Source of the DNA: Zootoca vivipara
Taxonomy: Eukaryota
NCBI RefSeq assembly: GCF_963506605.1
Contig: NC_083290.1
Location: 26,164,001-26,228,000, forward strand
DNA: 64,000 nt
Direction: 5' to 3'
In this document: piece by piece, positions 61,560 to 64,000 of the stretch
How positions within the stretch are numbered: position 1 is the stretch's first letter
Layout of the letters: each line of letters opens with the position of its first letter
Notes under the pieces: generated by a model
Told to the model about the DNA's origin: nothing
Seen by the model: only the letters and a program-made list of their open reading frames with translations
The model's database searches: none
Position numbers and translations under genes: made by a program

Positions 61560-62175
61560 GGTTAGATTACTGCAAGACGTTCTCCACAGGGCTGCCTCTG
61601 AAGGCGGTTCAGAAACTCTGCTGGTGCAGAATTCCGCAACCAGGCAGCTCACTGGACAAGATGGTTTGAATGTATAACACCAAACCTGGCCTGACTGCAC
61701 TGGCTGCCAGTTAGTTTCCAAGCCCAATTCACAGTGCTGGTTTTGACCTATAAAGGCTTAAACGGCTCAGGACTGCAGTACCTCAAGGACTGCCTCTCCC
61801 CATATGAACTGATCTGGACTCTGAGATCATCCTCTGAGGCCCTTCTTCACTTGCCTCCTTCACGAGAGGTTCTGAGGGTGGCAACATGAGAATGGGCCTT
61901 TTCTGTGGTGGCTCCCCATTTGTGGAATGCTCTCACCTGGGAGCCTTTGTCACATCTCTTTTGACTCCAGGCAAAAATGATTATCGATAGTCAGGCCTTT
62001 GGCTGATAACATTCTATGGCCCTTTTAAATATGTTTGTAGGAGAGGGATTCTTGCTTTGTTCTTGTTTTGTTGTGTATTTTGCATCCTCTTTTTGTATTT
62101 TTATCTTGCGAACCACCCTGTGATCTTCAGGTGAAGGGTGGTATACAAATTTAATAAATTATCAATAAATAAATA
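61560..62175 (+). mobile_element. LINE2-like 3' fragment
   Basis: Degenerate RLDYC...LHWLPV...LVLTYK.LNG.G..YLKD motifs, GGGCCTTTTCTGTGGTGGCTCCCCATTTGTGGAATGCTCT, and an (AAAT)n-like tail. Confidence 0.7.
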
Positions 62176-62574
62176 GACTATGAAAGGTTTGGGGGAGATT
62201 CTTGGCTTGCCACGTTGCTCATCTAAAGATGAGTCTGTAAACAATAGCAAGGTTGCTGTAACCGAGGGAGTTGCCACTTCCATAGATATGCGCAGGGACC
62301 TCTGTGCTTTATTTCTGGCATGGGGAGTCTGCCACTCTGCAGATCTTTTTGGGCTCCCATCAGTCCCAGTCAGCATGGCCATTGGTCAGGGATAATGGGA
62401 GCTGTAGTCCCAAGAGCATCTGGATGGTTATCAATTAGAATAATAATAATAATATATTATTTATACCCCGCCCATCTGGCTGGGTTTCCCCAGCCACTCT
62501 GGGTGGCTTCCAACCGAATATTAAAAACAATACAGCATCAAACATTAAAAACTTCCCTAAACAGGGAATTTGTC

Positions 62575-62716
62575 GCATTGGGATTGGTCCTGCCTCTGAA
62601 TGCCAGATGCTGGACAAGCAAACAAGAAGTGTTCAAGCCCCACATTGGACAAAAGATTCCTGCATTTGCAGGGGGTTGGACTAGATGACCCTCATGGTCC
62701 CTTCCATTTCTATGAT
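62575..62716 (+). mobile_element. Degenerate tRNA-derived SINE with CR1-type tail
   Basis: GTTCAAGCCCCACATTGGACAAAAGATTCCTGCATTTGCAGGGGGTTGGACTAGATGACC...TCTATGAT, homologous to 40591-40730. Confidence 0.65.
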
Positions 62717-64000
62717 CTTTCCCCATGCTCTCCTTGTAGGCTTCCCAGGAGCACCTGGCTGACCACTGCTGGAGGCAGAAGCTTTTAGTGTGCCCCACAG
62801 TCAATTCTTACAGCTTCTCACTTTTGCTCTCTGCCTTTTCCAAATGCTGTCCTAGAAATTTACTCTCCCTTCCTGGGCTTTTACAAGCCTTTAGAAGCAT
62901 TTTACAATTACAGTTTACAAGCATTACCAGGAATATGCCATACTGTATAGAGGTTTATCCATGTCTGTTGTTTGACTTAACGCTAGAGGGCAGTATGGAA
63001 CTTCAGAGATCCAGTTTGGTCCTGAAAATATGTAACTTGCCAGTGAAACAATGTAAGAATAACAGTTTGTAGATGGCCATCCCTAGCCAGCAGTACAGAA
63101 GCAGCTATTCTCTCCCAAAGCCCCCCCCCCCCCAAAAAATTATTTGCCATCAGCGGGAGAGAAGAGCAGAGACTACACACACTTTCCAGGTGAGGGCATT
63201 TTACAGGTGGGGAGCCAGCAGTGGAAAAGCCTTGCTTTAGTAGTAAACCTTAATTTCAGAAGGCCAAAGAACCTGGAAATGGTCCTTTGATTTCTGCATC
63301 CAGGCAGATTCTTTTTGAGACAGGAGGTCCTTCAGGTACCATTTTATGTCTTTGTAGGTCAATACCAGCATTTTGAACTGCACCCAGAAGCCAACTAGTT
63401 AATCGGCAAACGGACTGTGGTTTTTAAAAAAACGTTTATTAGAAATTTGCAACAACAACAAAAGCTCTTAAGAGTTTACAAGATTACAAACATTATAAAG
63501 TGATTATAGAACATTTATGTAATATAAAGAGGAGAAACAGGAAAGGGAGGGACCCATAAAATAAATTTTACTCAGAGAAGAAAACATACCATAGACACTT
63601 GTTTTGGAAGTAGGGTACATCAGAGGAAGACCTTGAGAGTGAGGGTGGCTGTTCCTCTCCTGCAAGATAAGGCACCTGAATTCTGGAACGGGTTGCTGGT
63701 AATGGAACCTGTAACTGTGGAGGAGCAGCTTGTTTTGTTTTCTTGTTAAAAGCTCTGCCAGTGTTTTTCTCAAGCTCAGCATTCTCTGCACTTTGACTGC
63801 GCTCTCCTTTGTTTTCAGATTGTACATGCGTAGATGAGTCGAAAAAGCCTGGTACACAATTTTTCATGGCTCTCGTGGCTGTGGTGGCTCATTTACCAGA
63901 AGTAATGTAATTAGCATTAACTCTGGAAGTGTAAACTCGATTCTGACCAAACGAAGCCTCCCAGAGCAAAATATACACCAGAAGGCTTTGTTTTGTGTCC

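Overview
Vertebrate genomic DNA, most likely a squamate lizard (inferred from the repeat families). It carries the gene block syntenic to human 11q23.1: the 3' 14 coding exons of DIXDC1 (+), complete DLAT (+, 14 exons, 652 aa), PIH1D2 (-, 318 aa), NKAPD1/C11orf57 (+, ~299 aa), TIMM8B (-, 84 aa) and SDHD exons 1-3 (+). There are CpG-island promoters at DLAT, PIH1D2/NKAPD1 and TIMM8B/SDHD. Introns and intergenic DNA hold hAT-type and Tigger/pogo-type MITEs, tRNA-derived SINEs and LINE fragments. The most notable signal is a young Penelope-like retroelement (PLE; RT + GIY-YIG) system with five minimal type-I hammerhead ribozyme motifs. Two near-identical long insertions each have a 15-bp TSD. One of them is a fold-back with 364-bp inverted arms in the putative DIXDC1 3' UTR. 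Two further insertions are only ~90 nt, consist almost entirely of the hammerhead plus a short 3' segment, and have their own ~10-bp TSDs. All coordinates were read by eye; no database searches were run.
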